Shown piece by piece: positions 43,055-56,780 of a DNA stretch of 64,000 bases. The first letter of the stretch is position 1. Each line of letters starts with the position of its first letter. The DNA is taken from NCBI RefSeq assembly GCF_036321535.1, contig NC_087437.1, positions 65,784,001 to 65,848,000 on the forward strand. The letters are read 5' to 3'. A model generated the notes under the pieces. That model was given only the letters and a program-made list of their open reading frames with translations. It had not been told where the DNA came from and made no database searches. The DNA comes from Camelus dromedarius (taxonomy: Eukaryota). Both the position numbers and the translations under genes were made by a program.

Positions 43055-43169
43055 GTATTATTTTAGTACACGATTTAACAAATAAGAAGTCATCCCAAAA
43101 CTTGTATCGTTGGTCATTGGAAGCTCTCAACAGGGATTTAGTGCCAACCGGAGTCTTGGTAACAAATGG
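43055..43169 (+). CDS. RABL3: RABL3 exon 4 (115 nt)
   Basis: (G)[37 protein letters not shown](G). Acceptor attttAG, donor GTAAGT. Confidence 0.97.
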
Positions 43170-43249
43170 GTAAGTCCAGATTACATTACAGTTGGTTTGA
43201 AATGCTGTAACAATCACAAGAGTACACCCTCCAAAATAATATTTGTAAG

Positions 43250-44110
43250 ATGTTTGATTTGCAAATATTTTCTCCCAGTTTGTAGATTGTCTTTTCCTTA
43301 TCTTAACAATATTTTAACAAAATAATTGTTTTTCATTTTGATGAAATCTAATGTCTCATTTTTCTCTTTTATGTCTTGTGCTTTTGTTACATCTAACAAC
43401 TTTTTGCCTAACCCCAGATCATGCAAGTTTTCTTCTGGGTTTCTTCTAGAAGTTTTATAGTTTTGGGTTTGCTTTTAGAACTGTGATCCATTTTGAGTTA
43501 GTATAATGTGTGAAGGATTGGTTGAAGTTGACTTTTGTAGGTGAATGTCCAGTTGTTCCAACATCATTTGTTGAAAAGATTGTCCTTTCTCATCGAATTA
43601 TTTTTATTCCTTTGCCAAAAGTCAAGTGACCATATTTATATGGTTTTATTTCTAGACTCTCTAATTCTTTTTTAAAAATATCTTATTTATTTATTTTGTT
43701 TGGGTTGAGGGGGAAGGGAGGTAATTTTATTTATTAATTTTAATGGGAGTACTGAGGATTCAACCCAGGACCTCGTGGGTGCTAAGCAGGCGCTCTACTG
43801 CTGAGCTATACCCTCCACCTCCAGACTCTCTAATTCTGTTCTTTTGATCTGCATCTATCCTTTTACTAATAAATGCTACACTTTCTTGATTATTGTAGCA
43901 TTATAGTAAGTCTCAAAATTTGACAGTGTGATTCTTTCCTTCTCAAAATTGTTTAGCTCTTCTAATCTCTTTCCATATAAATTTGAAATCAGCTTGTCTG
44001 TATTGACAAAAATTCTGTCTGAATTTTTATTGGAATTCCATTAAACCTATAGGTTATTATATTGGGGTGCATTTTTGTTGCATCTTTCAAGCCATGAACA
44101 CAGTATATCT
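43250..44110 (-). mobile_element. Older LINE-1 ORF2 fragment
   Basis: Antisense L1 motifs: tttgcaaatattttctccca, tccagttgttccaacatcatttgttgaaaaga. Confidence 0.8.
43669..43822 (-). mobile_element. Vic-1-type SINE inserted in an L1 fragment
   Basis: Reverse complement of the SINE head (…CTCTACTGCTGAGCTATACCCTCC). Perfect 15-bp TSD agactctctaattct at 43654-43668 and 43823-43837. Confidence 0.9.
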
Positions 44111-46302
44111 CTTCATTTATTTTTTTGAAACAAACCCTAGACATCATATCATTTCATCTATATATACTTCAATGTGTAAATTTAAAGCATAAGGACTTTT
44201 TTTTAAACATTACCAAAATATAAATGTCCTCCTTAAAATTTAACAATAATTCTCTAATATCAAATACTATTTTAATGTATTTGTATCATATGTATCATAA
44301 ATGTTGCTTTGTTCAGAACAGTATCTGAATAAGTCCCACTCATTGTATTTGGTTTCTTAAGTTTATTTTAACCTTAAGCCCCCCCTGTTTTTTTTTACTC
44401 TCTGGCAGTTTATTTGTTGAAGAAAATTGCTCATTTGTCCTGTAGAGTTTCCTCTGTTCTGGATTTTGCTGACTGTATCCCTGTAGAGTCTGTTAAACTT
44501 GTTTCTCTGAATCCTAATCTTCTCTAAAATGGTAGTTAAATATAGTAGTCTGAAAGTTGCAAGATTTTTGTTTTTTTCCAAAGTGGTATTGTGCATATAA
44601 TATAATACTTGGTTATCTCTTTGTGATGTTAAGGTGTTATCAGCCTTATCCATCCATGATAAAATTTCCCATTTGTTTTTTACCTAATGATTTAAAAATA
44701 GAAAAAGGATTTCAAGATCAAATTTCAACTGGATGTAAAATTTAATCAAAGAAGGTGGGAAAAAAGGAAAACTAAAAAGAGAAATAAGAGAACAGATTTT
44801 TATGTGTACATATATATGGCAACATATATATGTTATGTTATATATATGATGCATATGTAAGTCAACATGAAACATGTATATTATGTGCAATATATACTAT
44901 GTTATATATATAATAAATACATACATTAATGTGTAAAAGATTATGCAAGACTGGAAGTGACAGAAATATGTGTATCAAAGATGATGTTTGATTAAATATA
45001 TACCAAAATTTGTGTGTTAGCCAGAGTTAGTGAGTATAGGGGAAAAAATAGTCCTAAAAAAGGGCACTCTCAAAACTTTATTCTCTAATAAAGCAAATTT
45101 CAGTTTTGGACCACATCTCCTAAATCAATATTAATGTTGGTAAGAAGAATCAAAGGTCTTGAACTCAAGCTATTATTGGCTTTGATGCAATATTTAGAAT
45201 GATAATATTTTTTATGAAATGGGGAGGTTGCATAGTTCAAAACAATTGTGTTCCAAAGCTGAACAATAACCGAGGCTCTGTAAAGTTAATGTGAAGGGCA
45301 AAAAGATTCGGTAATTTTGCAAGCATGTGCACGTGCACACACACGCACACACAATTTAAATTATTCAGAGAGAAAGAAAAGTAATGTCAAAGAAAGGGAA
45401 AAATGCCAAGCTCACCTGGTTTGTATTGATTAGATTATGGAACATTGATTTATGGTCATAAGATGTTCGCAACCAGATTTGTCTGACTGTTACAAATTGA
45501 ACTTATATCATAAATCCAAATCTGTTTCTCTTATGTGAATAGAATTTATATTCACTGAAAACATTGGGCTTCCTTTCAGTAATGGAAAGATAGTGACCCA
45601 AGGCCACTAACCCTAAGTGATTCCTATTGCCTGTCCTCCCATGGCTCTTGTGTCAAGACAAACAACTATTTGGTACTTAACTCTTTCCTTTTACTATTTA
45701 TTTTGCATTTCAGCTGTTTCTTTTCCTTTCCATTTGTTGAATCCATCTTTCCCCAGGCTATGGTTGATTTATTCTGGCCTTCAGCATTCCTATTTCTTAT
45801 TTTTCTGAAATGATCTATTTTTCTTTACTACTTATAGACAGGAATGTGTATGCATAGCCCAGAAGTTACCCAGAAGCTTGACATTTTCCTCTCTGGCAAA
45901 AAGCTTGAGTACCATGCTAGGTTCCTGTGTTTTCTCTCCACTGAGGTTTGAATCCACTCTCTGTATCTACCCAGAAAAATTCCTGAGCTGTTAGCCTCAG
46001 AAGACAGAGCTTTGGGAGAAGTCAAGTCAACCTACTTTCATATACCTGGGGGGCAGTCAGTTATTCCAATAGTCTATAAAGACCCATGGGACAAATTTTG
46101 ACTAGTTGGATTAATAGTTGGAACTCGATAGATGCTGAGGATTGATAAATGAACAAGTAGATGAAAGAAAACGGGAGAAAAGTAGGTTTATAGGTGATGG
46201 ATAAGCAAGAGGCAGTGAAGTATCTGTAAAATAGTATAAGCTAGTTACAGTTAAATATTACACATCTACATCAGAAAGATAAATTCTGTCCATTTATCAC
46301 AG

Positions 46303-46453
46303 GGATTATGATCGGGAACAGTTTGCTGATAACCAAATCCCACTGTTGGTAATAGGAACTAAACTGGATCAGATTCATGAAACCAAGCGCCATGAAGTTT
46401 TAACTAGGACTGCTTTCCTGGCTGAGGATTTCAATGCAGAAGAGATTAATTTG
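46303..46453 (+). CDS. RABL3: RABL3 exon 5 (151 nt)
   Basis: [50 protein letters not shown]. Acceptor tttatcacAG, donor GTGAGT. Confidence 0.97.
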
Positions 46454-46793
46454 GTGAGTATTTTCACTAATGTGTGTTTGTATCATCACCAGGTAAAGGG
46501 AAAACCAAAGATTTCACAAGTTACATATTCTCACAAAAGAAGCTTTGTATTTGAAATCAGGCATTTGGGTTCTAGTCCAAAAAGTAGCAAAGATTGGAGC
46601 CAACATAGACTATGAGATGGCCACAGTCACTTCAGCCTCCTTGAATGCCAGTCTGTTGGAATGTTCAAATGTTGTTCTGTGAATAATGTAAATCATGGGC
46701 TTTTTCTTGAAAAGATTTTCAAAAATAATTAAGGTGACAAAGAAGGGTCACTGGTACTGTACATTGATATTTCTTGCTTTAGAAAAGCCTCTT

Positions 46794-46933
46794 GGAGGGG
46801 AGGGTACAGCTCAAGTGGTAGAGCACATGCTTAGCCTGCATGAGGTCCTGGGTTCAATGCCCAGTAGCTCTAAAACTAAATAAACCTAATTACCCCCACA
46901 CACACAAAAAATTTTAGAAAAAGTCCACTCTTC
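46794..46933 (+). mobile_element. Vic-1-type SINE
   Basis: SINE head with A and B boxes. Perfect 13-bp TSD agaaaagcctctt at 46781-46793 and 46934-46946. Confidence 0.9.
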
Positions 46934-49900
46934 AGAAAAGCCTCTTAGCGTCATAAACTACAGAATTTACCTTAAAGGGCAAACAGATAAAGGAGAAAAT
47001 TACAAATTGTAAACTAGGAGTGCTTCATAAGTGTTAGTTTATATAAACTTATGTGTATACAATTGATTTGAGTCCCTTCCTATTTCACTCAATTAGAACT
47101 AGACATTAAAAAGGCTAAGATAAGTTCTTATATAAGCCAGTTAGTGTTGCCCAGAGAATGATCCTGGCCAGCAGCTTCAGTCATGGTTTATAAATGTCAT
47201 TGTTGATAAATAGAATCTCTGCAACATACTCAGTGCACTGGCATTCCAGATGTGGTGGTGGTGGTTTAGTAATACTAATGGCCAACATTTATTAAGCACT
47301 TATTAGTGCCGAGCGCTGTTCTAGTGCTTTATGTACCTTATTTCACATGCATCATCTTGACATCAACCCTATAAAGTAGGTACTAAAAGTACTTACATTT
47401 TTTAAATGAAGACTAGAAGCAGAGAGAGGTAACTAGGCCAGGGTTACACAGGACAAACCAGGCACTGTGACCACAGATCCTGTGCTCTACAATTAAGCCT
47501 ATTTTACATTTAATTATCCTTCAGCTAACATTTAGAATCTTGGAGCTGGAAGAACTGTTGGAAATAATCTAGGTCACCAGTTACCCAAACCTGACTGCAT
47601 ATTCATGTCACCAGCAGCAGGACTTGTGAAAACTTTTGAATAAGTGCCCCACAGCTGGAACTTTGTAGTCATGAGGTCTGACAGGAGGACCAGGACTCTG
47701 TGATTGTAACTAATGACTCAGGTGATTCTGATGCCCTTTCTCTGTGAATCAACATTTTTGAGCACTGCTTGGTTCAACGCCACCTCTACCCCCCTAACTG
47801 AGTCACCTTCTGCCTGCCATTCCATTGTTTTTTACATTCTGCTTTGCAGTAGGGGCCTTATTTTTCTCAGCAACCACCATGGAATATTCAGCATAAATGC
47901 CCCAGCTAGTCAGCACTCAACCATGATATTCCAGAGGATTCCTGTTACCTAGAATACATCATATCCTTGTTGAGGAAGTGCTGAGGTTACTTTGCTTGAA
48001 CATTATTTCCAAAGGGAAATTTACCATTGAATACACTTAATTTGTTCCAGCAGTTACTTCTAATGTATTTTAGAATGAATCTGTTTGTAGAGCCTGTGGT
48101 TTCTGTGACCATCACCTAATATGTGCTTTTCCTATTTTACTTGTGAAGGCAGGGCCATCTTTTAATTGTTAACAAGGTATAATGGTACTCAAGTGTGGAC
48201 TTTGGCACACACTATCCCCAAGAGTTCACATACAACATACTCAGGGCTTTTTATCAGTGTACAGCATCAAGAACACAGCAGAAACAAGAGGGTCTTGAGG
48301 ATTCAAGAGAGAAAAAGTAAGGAGGAAAATTGAATAAGAGTTTCAAAAAGAGATAGCAGTCAAAAAGAGTCAGTAAGTAAAGATAAAGTCACCAGTAAAA
48401 ACTAATGTAACAGTCTTAGTGCTAGCATCTTTGGTTACTGTATGAATTTACTTAAATTATTTTTAAAAAAAGGAAGAATTAACATAACTGTATACATCAA
48501 AGATAGAATCAAAGTTATTTTTTGCCTAAAAAATAGGCAAATTGTTTAAATTATAAACAGGGAGGAGATTACTTATTTTTTTTTTAAATCCTGTTAGGCT
48601 TATTGTGTCTAGCCAAATTTTTCTCTCTTATGTGTTTACTTTAAAGTGATCATTTTGAAGCGTCCTCCCTAGTTAATATTTCTTTTTCAAACTTAGATAA
48701 GCATTTAGAACTATTAATTTTCAGGCTTTGCCCTCAGCCATGATCAATAGCAGATAGCTCTTTCAGCTCTAAAATTCTCCTCCTAAAATCATAGGGTTTC
48801 TCAAGCCTGGTCAGCCTGAAATTGTGGAGGCTTAGAATTAAGTTTTGGGGAGGTTTTGTTTGTTCATTTGCTTGTTTGATTTAATTTTTGTATTTAGTAC
48901 TTTAGCTCTATTTGGAACCATCTCTGAAGTCTTTTGACCTTCTGATGACTATGTAATCGATGTCTGTTTTGTAAAACATACCTAACACAGATCCACCTAA
49001 GGTTTGTCTTTTATATGCCCCAACTGCTGTATAAATGTGTTCAAATATGATTTCATATACACAGTTTACACAATGATGTTTCAGTCTATTTAATCCATAT
49101 ATACAATTATCTTCGGTGCTTTTGTGTCTGAAAATTCTATCTGATAGCATTTTCTTGGGATGAAGACAGAAGGGAACTAATATTTCAGTACCTGCTATCT
49201 TCCAGACATGCATTATCTCATTTAATTTTCACCAAAAATCTATGGGATAAGTATTGCTATCCCCGTTTCACAAATGAATAAGCTCAACTTTAAAGGCTGA
49301 GTAATCTAAACCATGTCACACAGTCTAGAGATGCTGGGATAAATATTCAGATCCAGAGCTTTCTGGCTTCAAAGACTTCTGATTTTCTAGTATTCTGTGA
49401 TCTTTGTAAAGTCTGTTGTCGTCTCTTTTTTTGTGGTTTTGGAAAATGTATTAAAGTTTATAGCCAGAATTCAAAATGTGAGCCTTGAAATGTAGTATAT
49501 GGATAAAATAGGTGATTGTTACAAAGTGCATTGGAAAGGAATCATGTGGGTTTAGAGATTACAATCAGAATAAATGCAACAGCAGAAATGTCAGTAATTT
49601 CCCAAGGGACACAGACGATCTATAACTGAAAAGATAAACACTGTACTTGCCAAGGAGCCTATATGGTATCCCCATAGTTTGGTCTTAGGTAACATTTGAG
49701 GTAAAAACCAAAGTATTCAGTCACTAGAGGTGGCAAGTCAGTGATGACAAGAAAAGGCAATTCAATACTGGAACTCCAGGAAAAGGATGGTAAGCCTTTT
49801 ACGGTCTTTACCAATCATTGCTATGTACTAGTCACTTCATTATAGTGTTCCAGATTGTCTCAGCAGATCCCCATTTTTTCCTATTTTCAGAAACCTAATA

Positions 49901-50109
49901 GTACTGTATCTATTGTTTATTATTTAATTATTTTTAAAATAATGATATTTTAAAATAAACTAATTGTTGATCTGTTGTTTATTATTATCTTTATGGCCTA
50001 CCTGCATTCAGTGAGTGAGAAATCCCTGGCAACTGTTATGTTTGGTTTTTGCTCCTCTTTTTCCTTATTTTCATGCTTCCTATTGTTCTTAAGAACTGCA
50101 TTGTACTTA

Positions 50110-50250
50110 GCTGGGGAGGGTATAGCTCAGTGGTAGAGTGCATGCCTATGCACTCAATCCCCAGTGCCTCCATTAAAATAAATAAATAAAAACATAATTA
50201 CCCCCTGCACCAAAAAAAATTGAATAAAAAAATTTTTTAATTAAAAAAAA
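50110..50250 (+). mobile_element. Vic-1-type SINE with a deletion removing part of the B box
   Basis: SINE head and A-rich tail. Perfect 19-bp TSD aagaactgcattgtactta at 50091-50109 and 50251-50269. Confidence 0.9.
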
Positions 50251-50677
50251 AAGAACTGCATTGTACTTAAATGAGTTGAGCACTGGTGAGTAACTAGTAC
50301 AAAAAGTGAAGTGTTGTCTATTTTTTAATGGCTCTATTTCTGCTTTTCAACCTAAATGTAGGTAGGTCACCTAGTTAGTATCTTGGTTTTGTTATTAGTA
50401 AGACATTAGCAATCCTGTCTTCCTTTATGAATTATTTGATGATGAATACATTGGTTCATTGTCCTCTAAAATTGCATAAATAACAAAAAGTGGCCTTATC
50501 TTCCTTTAGCACTTTCTGCTTTGCTCTGTGCATCATAATTTGAAAATTACTTGAATATTTTATGAGAGTATTATGCCTGATAATTTACTATAGAAATGTG
50601 CAAGAGGAACAGTAATGACTAACAAGGAGCTTGTGTTTCCTAACGTTTCATTGTTGATCTTATGTTTTATCTTCTAG

Positions 50678-50749
50678 GACTGCACAAATCCACGGTACTT
50701 AGCTGCAGGTTCTTCCAATGCTGTCAAGCTCAGTAGGTTTTTTGATAAG
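50678..50749 (+). CDS. RABL3: RABL3 exon 6 (72 nt)
   Basis: [24 protein letters not shown]. Acceptor tatcttctAG, donor GTAATG. Confidence 0.96.
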
Positions 50750-53540
50750 GTAATGTCTTCAATTAAGTTATTTTTAAACTTAATTTATATATTATGGGAG
50801 TTTAAATTCTTTGTAGAATGCTTTGTCCTTTTATTCCTCCGTTCTAAACTTCACAGCCTGAATAATACTTGTTTTGATCTCTTATCTGTTGGTATAATTG
50901 CTCAAGGCTTGCTGACATGTTTATTCTGTCATCAGTGTTCTCTGAGCAAAGGATGGAAGCTACTGGATTCAGATAGAGTTTTTTAAATACCTAATTTCCC
51001 TCCTTAAGACAATATATGTTTCCATATTTTCTGGGTCTTTTTGTACTTATTCACCATCCCTGAACCCCACAAAAGGCACTAAACTGAGGAGATTGTGCTT
51101 AAAGCCCAGAGTTCTTTTTGCTCTCCTGGCTATTAATACTCTCCACATCAACATTACTATTACTTTTAAGGTTATGTCATCTTCTTGTTTCCCAGTCAGA
51201 AATCTTTGCATTCCAATTATTGACTCTTACCAGTATCATATTATTGTCCCGAGCTAGAATGAAAATGTAGAATGACTCAGCAGACTGGTTAACCGGAGCA
51301 CTGTTTGTCTTTCCTTCACAAGGCTACACAGCTGCATCGCACATAGTGCTGACCAAGTTTAAACTGTTTGCCCAATGTTGACATCGCATAGTAACGTAAA
51401 ATAGGTTATATTCCTCTATTAGTATTGAAAAAGATTAATTTCTGTATTATATTTCCTTTTACAAGTTATCTCCCAAGAAAAAAAATTTCCCTTCTCATAA
51501 CTTCTTTATGATCATTTTTCTTTTAGCTACTTAGAGATCTAATATTTGGCTCTTTTGTCCAACAGCTCAGCATAAGATAAGCCCCACACCCCATCCCTGT
51601 TTAATATTAGACCACTGGGAAATTTTTGCTTTATTGCAGAATTTCCCAACTAGAGTGTGGCAAAAAAAGTACAGGTGTGCTGAGACGGCAAGCCCCTCAG
51701 TTCTCAGAGCAGCCAGAGCCCCCTGGGCTGGCTCGTCCACTTACCCTACAAATATTAGCATTTTCTAAATGTGCCATGACGTGAAAAATGGTAGGAATCA
51801 CTGCAGGGAAACAGGTATTCTCTCCACATTGTTTTCCAACTTAAAGAGAGTTTACATTTGGTTCAGATCCATGGCCACCATCGGAATCCCCTTAAGAGCA
51901 ACATCTTACAGATAGATCCCTTTCTGACACAGAAAGATCTCACAATGTATAAATTTTAGATAATTTATTATTTTAAAATTTAAAAAATAAACTATATTGT
52001 TGAGAGACAGTAAATTATAGACTAGTGTGACCCAAGTTGTCAAGCAAGGCTTTATTTAAAAAAAAAAATTAGAGGCGACTTGGTTGATTTTAAGAAGAGA
52101 ACAAAATTTGGAAAGAGAAAGACATTGCATGTTGAGGGCAGGGAATTATACCAAAAGCGAAAAGGTAACTTATCTCTTCACTGCCTATATCACAACAAAA
52201 GGTAGGTGGATTAGAAGGTTGGCCAGACTGAGGTGGTTGCCTGATGTCAAGGCACTTGGCAGCTAAATTTCACCCAGTTTTCTCTACATCATATCTTCAA
52301 CAATTTAGTGTAAAGATTTCTTCTCTAAGATAGAATCTAGCCCTCTTCCATACTCCCTTCACTAATAGTAATTCCTCCCCACTCTAGAATAATAGGATTT
52401 TCCCGTTCTTCCCTGGAGAGAGGAAAGAGAATCAGTCCTGGCATGGTTTTTGTGGGGTCAAGTGTTTTAGGTATATACCAATCATGAACCAGCTTTTCTA
52501 CCTCTGGGGTCAGTGAATGCAGCCTTACTCTCAGTCTCTGGATAAAAGTAACCCAGCCATAGTCTCAAAGACAGAAGGAATCCAGGTTATGTGGCTGTCA
52601 GGCCAGTGAGAGCAAGCTGGTGCAGGCCTGCTCTGCTTTATTAAGACGAAATTCCTGGCTTCCTAATTCTCGATTCTAATGTCTTAGAGTTGATCTCCAG
52701 CTAATCTGTATTCTAATCTGATTAACTTTTCTTAATCACAAAAGCTCTATTTAAAGAAAATACTGCCTCTGCCACTATTGCAGTTTCTCAAGTGTTAGAA
52801 CAGAATTCATTATTTTTTAAAATGGTTTTCATCGTGGGACAACATGGTACTCTTAAACTCATTATGTTAGGACATATATTTTGAAGGCCTCTTTTCAGTA
52901 GTGGTGATGGATTTGTACGGATACATCCACTGTACCTTGTTTCTTCTACTAACCAAATACAGACAGTCCTGAAACTGCTGAGTTAGGCTGCAGATTAAGT
53001 CCATAAAAAGAAGCTAATTGACTACTTTTGCTGTGTGTCTTCTGTCTCCATTAAAGACCTACAGAATTTAACACTGTGTTTACTAGAGGGATGTGGCAGT
53101 TTACTATTACACAGACGGACGCCTCTTTAAGAAGTAGCTATGCTTCTGGAGTAGCAAAAGTGCTTTGTTTTTATCTTATGGATTCTGTTTAGTACCTTTG
53201 GGGACTGACTGCTAGGAAACTTAGAGCCAAATTTGCTGCCATACACTAGGAAAAGCATGGGATCTCATGCCATTTTCTGGTTATTTTCTCTTTTTTGTTT
53301 CATTTATTTTTTTGATCTATCATTAATGCTTCCTGGAATGAGGCAGGCTTTTATAGAAATACTCCCACAGTTTTGATCTCATTAGCACCAGATTTAACTC
53401 ATTGGACTAGATGTCTATAGCTATTGAAAAGACTCTTCATTTGGGTATACACCTTTTAGTCCCATTAGTGGCCACTGCAGTTAACAACTTTTTCAAAGTA
53501 TGTATACTAAGCCCTTAAAATCTTTATTTATTTCTCACAG

Positions 53541-53579
53541 GTCATAGAGAAGAGATACTTTTTAAGAGATGGCAATCAG
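53541..53579 (+). CDS. RABL3: RABL3 exon 7 (39 nt)
   Basis: VIEKRYFLRDGNQ. Acceptor tttctcacAG, donor CAG|GTCTGT. Confidence 0.94.
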
Positions 53580-54169
53580 GTCTGTACCTATCTTTTCTTG
53601 ATAAAATGAGGTCATAACTTTGGAGAGAGGTTTGATTGATTTGAAATTAATTTCCACATTTATTTTTGAAGTGGTTTTTTAAAAAGTGGGGAAGAAGTCC
53701 TTCGTAGGCACAAGCAACTGACTTTCTTTTGTCCTGTTAAGTACAAAATAAAAAATCTGATCAAGTTAAAATAAGGGTCTAAGAAACAAAAAGAATCCAG
53801 AGATAAGATTACTTTATGAAGTAATAGAAGAAAATAATTTGCTTGAGATTCCAGAGATATGGATCAAGTCTCACAATTCAGGTTATTCATATAAAAGTCC
53901 AATAGGTGAAGATTATGAGATTCACCTTCATGCTCTCCAATTTAGATGACACTGTCACCAATTGATTGGCAAATGTTTTTCATTTTGGTAGGATTTATTT
54001 TTATTATTTAATCTGTGGTGGCTTTCTGAGTAAAACCTTAAAAAGATAGTTCTTTAAAGAACATCAGGCCAACATACAGAAACAAAAAATAAGGAAAAAG
54101 TTGTCAAGGCTATTAGTATTTGAATTGTGCCTGCCTGAGTCCTAACATGGTTATCTTTCTTGCTTACAG

Positions 54170-54235
54170 ATTCCAGGCTTTCCTGATAGAAAAAGGTTTG
54201 GGGGAGGAACATTAAAGAGCTTACATTATGACTGA
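54170..54235 (+). CDS. RABL3: RABL3 exon 8, coding part including stop
   Basis: IPGFPDRKRFGGGTLKSLHYD*. The exon lengths 46+92+130+115+151+72+39+66 sum to 711 nt, i.e. 236 aa plus stop. Confidence 0.96.
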   Translation: MPGFPDRKRFGGGTLKSLHYD

Positions 54236-55830
54236 ATTACACTCATCCTTCGGAAGAGTGAGCAAGCTGTGGCAGTTTTTCACAGCTTTCTTCTTGCTGT
54301 GTCGATCATTAAAGTCTCAGCCTTTTAATGAAATCATCTTAAAACACCACCCTTCAGCCTCACCCTTTAATGGAAAACTGAAAAGAAGTGACAGCATGGG
54401 AGGTCCAAACTTTGTCCCCATTCTCTCTGTTCCTCACCTTTCTGTTCCTGTTTATAGATTATATAAAAGCAATGGAAATAGGAGATGTTGTCAGAATGAT
54501 GCAGTAAATGAGCAGTGACAGAATGCTGCAGAGAAAATTTACACTTGCCTAGAACTGGAGGGTTTTTATGGGTCTGTAATTTTCCCACACTCCTTGCTGA
54601 AGGCTTAATTAAGTACTTCAAAACTGCATCTCTATTGTTTTACCTTTATGAGGGGAAAGGTTATGTTAACCAGCCCTCAGTTGTCCACCCCAAACAATCT
54701 CTGTCATTTTCAAAGAAGCAAAATGCTGCTCTTTAATTGTCTCCACCTTTATCACACACAAGGATGCCTAACAACAGCAACCCTTGCCTCTTTCTCCTCT
54801 CCTTTGCAAATGTCTCAGTGGCTGGAAGAGGGGGACTAATAGCTGGAGGTAAATATAAATAGATTAATAATACATAGAGAACAGCAGTCCCAGGAAGGAA
54901 GAATTCTGCAAGAAATCGACAGCTCACTGAAATCCTTCACTCTTTAGGTCACAGCTGTCTGCACCCTCTTACTGTTTCCTGTTTGCAAATAGGGTAAAAT
55001 CTAAGAACTGCACAAGAGCAGTAAGATTTACAGCCTCTTCAGTTTTTATTTTTATTTTTTGAAGAAAAAGTCCACTCCCAAAACGTCCCTTAACTGTAGT
55101 CCATAACCTAAGAATGTTATTCTTTGTGTCAACAATGAATTTATGGAGAGAAGTAAAAATAAGTTCCGCAGCAACACATTTACATGAATTATGGACTAGG
55201 ATTCTTGGATTTCACAATCCAAAGTTTCGGGGGGGTGTATATGCATAATTGTTCATTGTTACATTTTTTACCCCTCTTTTTTGCTTGTATAATTCCCTTT
55301 GCCCCGGTTCTTTGTTAATATATAAACTTGTTTTACAAAAACTGTAGTTTGCTGCCTTATTCAACACCTTTTCACACATGTTCTCTCTCTGGTTGTGCTG
55401 CAGGTCTCTGCACTCCTGATTTTGCACCATATTAAAATATAATAATAACAAATACACAGTTTCAGCTTCTCACCTTAATTTCTTAAATTCTTTCTGTTCC
55501 ATACTCTGCAAATCAAGGTATGCTGAAAGAGGATATTAAAATAACAATGTTCAAGAGTGCTTTTAGAAAGGCAGCCCTGGGAATTTGGAAAGGGATTTTA
55601 AAGTACTTTTCATCAGCTAGAATGTTCTCCAGTCTTTCTTCACATCCTCCCCCACAAGAGTTAGCCCTGATTTCTTTTTTGACATAAAGGAGAGCTATGC
55701 AAATCAGGATCTGTATGTGGAATTTGGCACAAGTATGTTGTGACAGAGCCTGTGCAGTTAGGAAGTAGAAACCAAATGCATACACAGAGACCTAAACCAG
55801 CTGAAGCTCTTTGTATTCCTCTTTTAAAAA

Positions 55831-56230
55831 AATAAATCAAGAACCCTTTTCTTCCCTCCCCTTTCTTCCTCTTTCTTTCCCTTAATTAAAAAAAAAAAAA
55901 GATCTAGCCCAATTTCTTTATTTTCTCCCTTATTAAAAAATAAAATAGAAGTAACCTATCACTGATGGTTTCAGGGTCAACCTTGAAAAATTAACAGCAC
56001 TCAACTTCATTTCCTCTTGCTGTCAGGCTTGACTCCTGAATTACCGTTTTCTAAGAAAAAATAATTTTTAATAACCTAAGGTAAGTTTGTTGCACTTATT
56101 AATAGCAAAATAAAGTTGTTTGCCAAAATGAATGTTATTAGCCAGAGTTCTTCATAAAGAATCTTTTGGAGCATAATTTTTCCTAAGACTTCCTGAGACC
56201 TGCTCATAAAAATTAGTTTTGGCTAATAAA
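55831..56230 (+). terminator. RABL3: Cluster of candidate RABL3 polyadenylation signals
   Basis: AATAAA at 55831, 55939, 56109 and 56225, 1.6-2.0 kb after the stop and just before repeat-derived sequence. Which one is used cannot be determined from sequence. Confidence 0.5.
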
Positions 56231-56307
56231 AATATATCTAAAGCAGAAGGTGTCAAACTGGCAACCCATAGTCATTTCATACCTGCATGCATGTTTTTTG
56301 ACATAAT

Positions 56308-56780
56308 TGTATCAGTTATCAATTGTTGCTTAACAAATACACCCCAAAACTTAGTGGCATAAAATAGGTCATTCTATTAGCTCACAATCCTTTGGGTCAG
56401 CAATTTGGCTGGTCGTTCTCCTGCTGGTCTCACATTGGGTCGCTTGCCCGTCTGCAGTCATCTGGCAGGCAGATTGCCTCATCACACATCTGGCAGCTAG
56501 TGCTGGGCTGTTGCGTGCCTGGATGTCTCTGTCCGTGTAGCATCTCATTTTCAAGGAGGCTAGCCTGACTTCTTTACATAGTGGTCTCAAGTAGCAAGAA
56601 ATGGGCAAATCATAAGGCACAAACATTTTTTCAAACCTCTACTTGTGTTTGCTATTACCCAAAGTAAGATTCAAAGGTAAGTAAAAGACTCCATCTCATA
56701 TTGAGAGGAACAGCCAAGTCACATTGTAAAGGGGTATGCATACAAGGATGAAACGAATTTGTGGGCATTTTTTGCAATTC
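56308..56780 (-). mobile_element. MaLR MLT1-type LTR
   Basis: tgtatcagtta...ccccaaaacttagtggc...tagctcacaat...gggtcagcaatttgg is a typical antisense MLT1 end. Confidence 0.75.

Noticed and set aside
44790..44940. TA-rich quasi-palindromic tract
   Set aside because: Low-complexity (TA/TG) sequence with no specific structure I can support.
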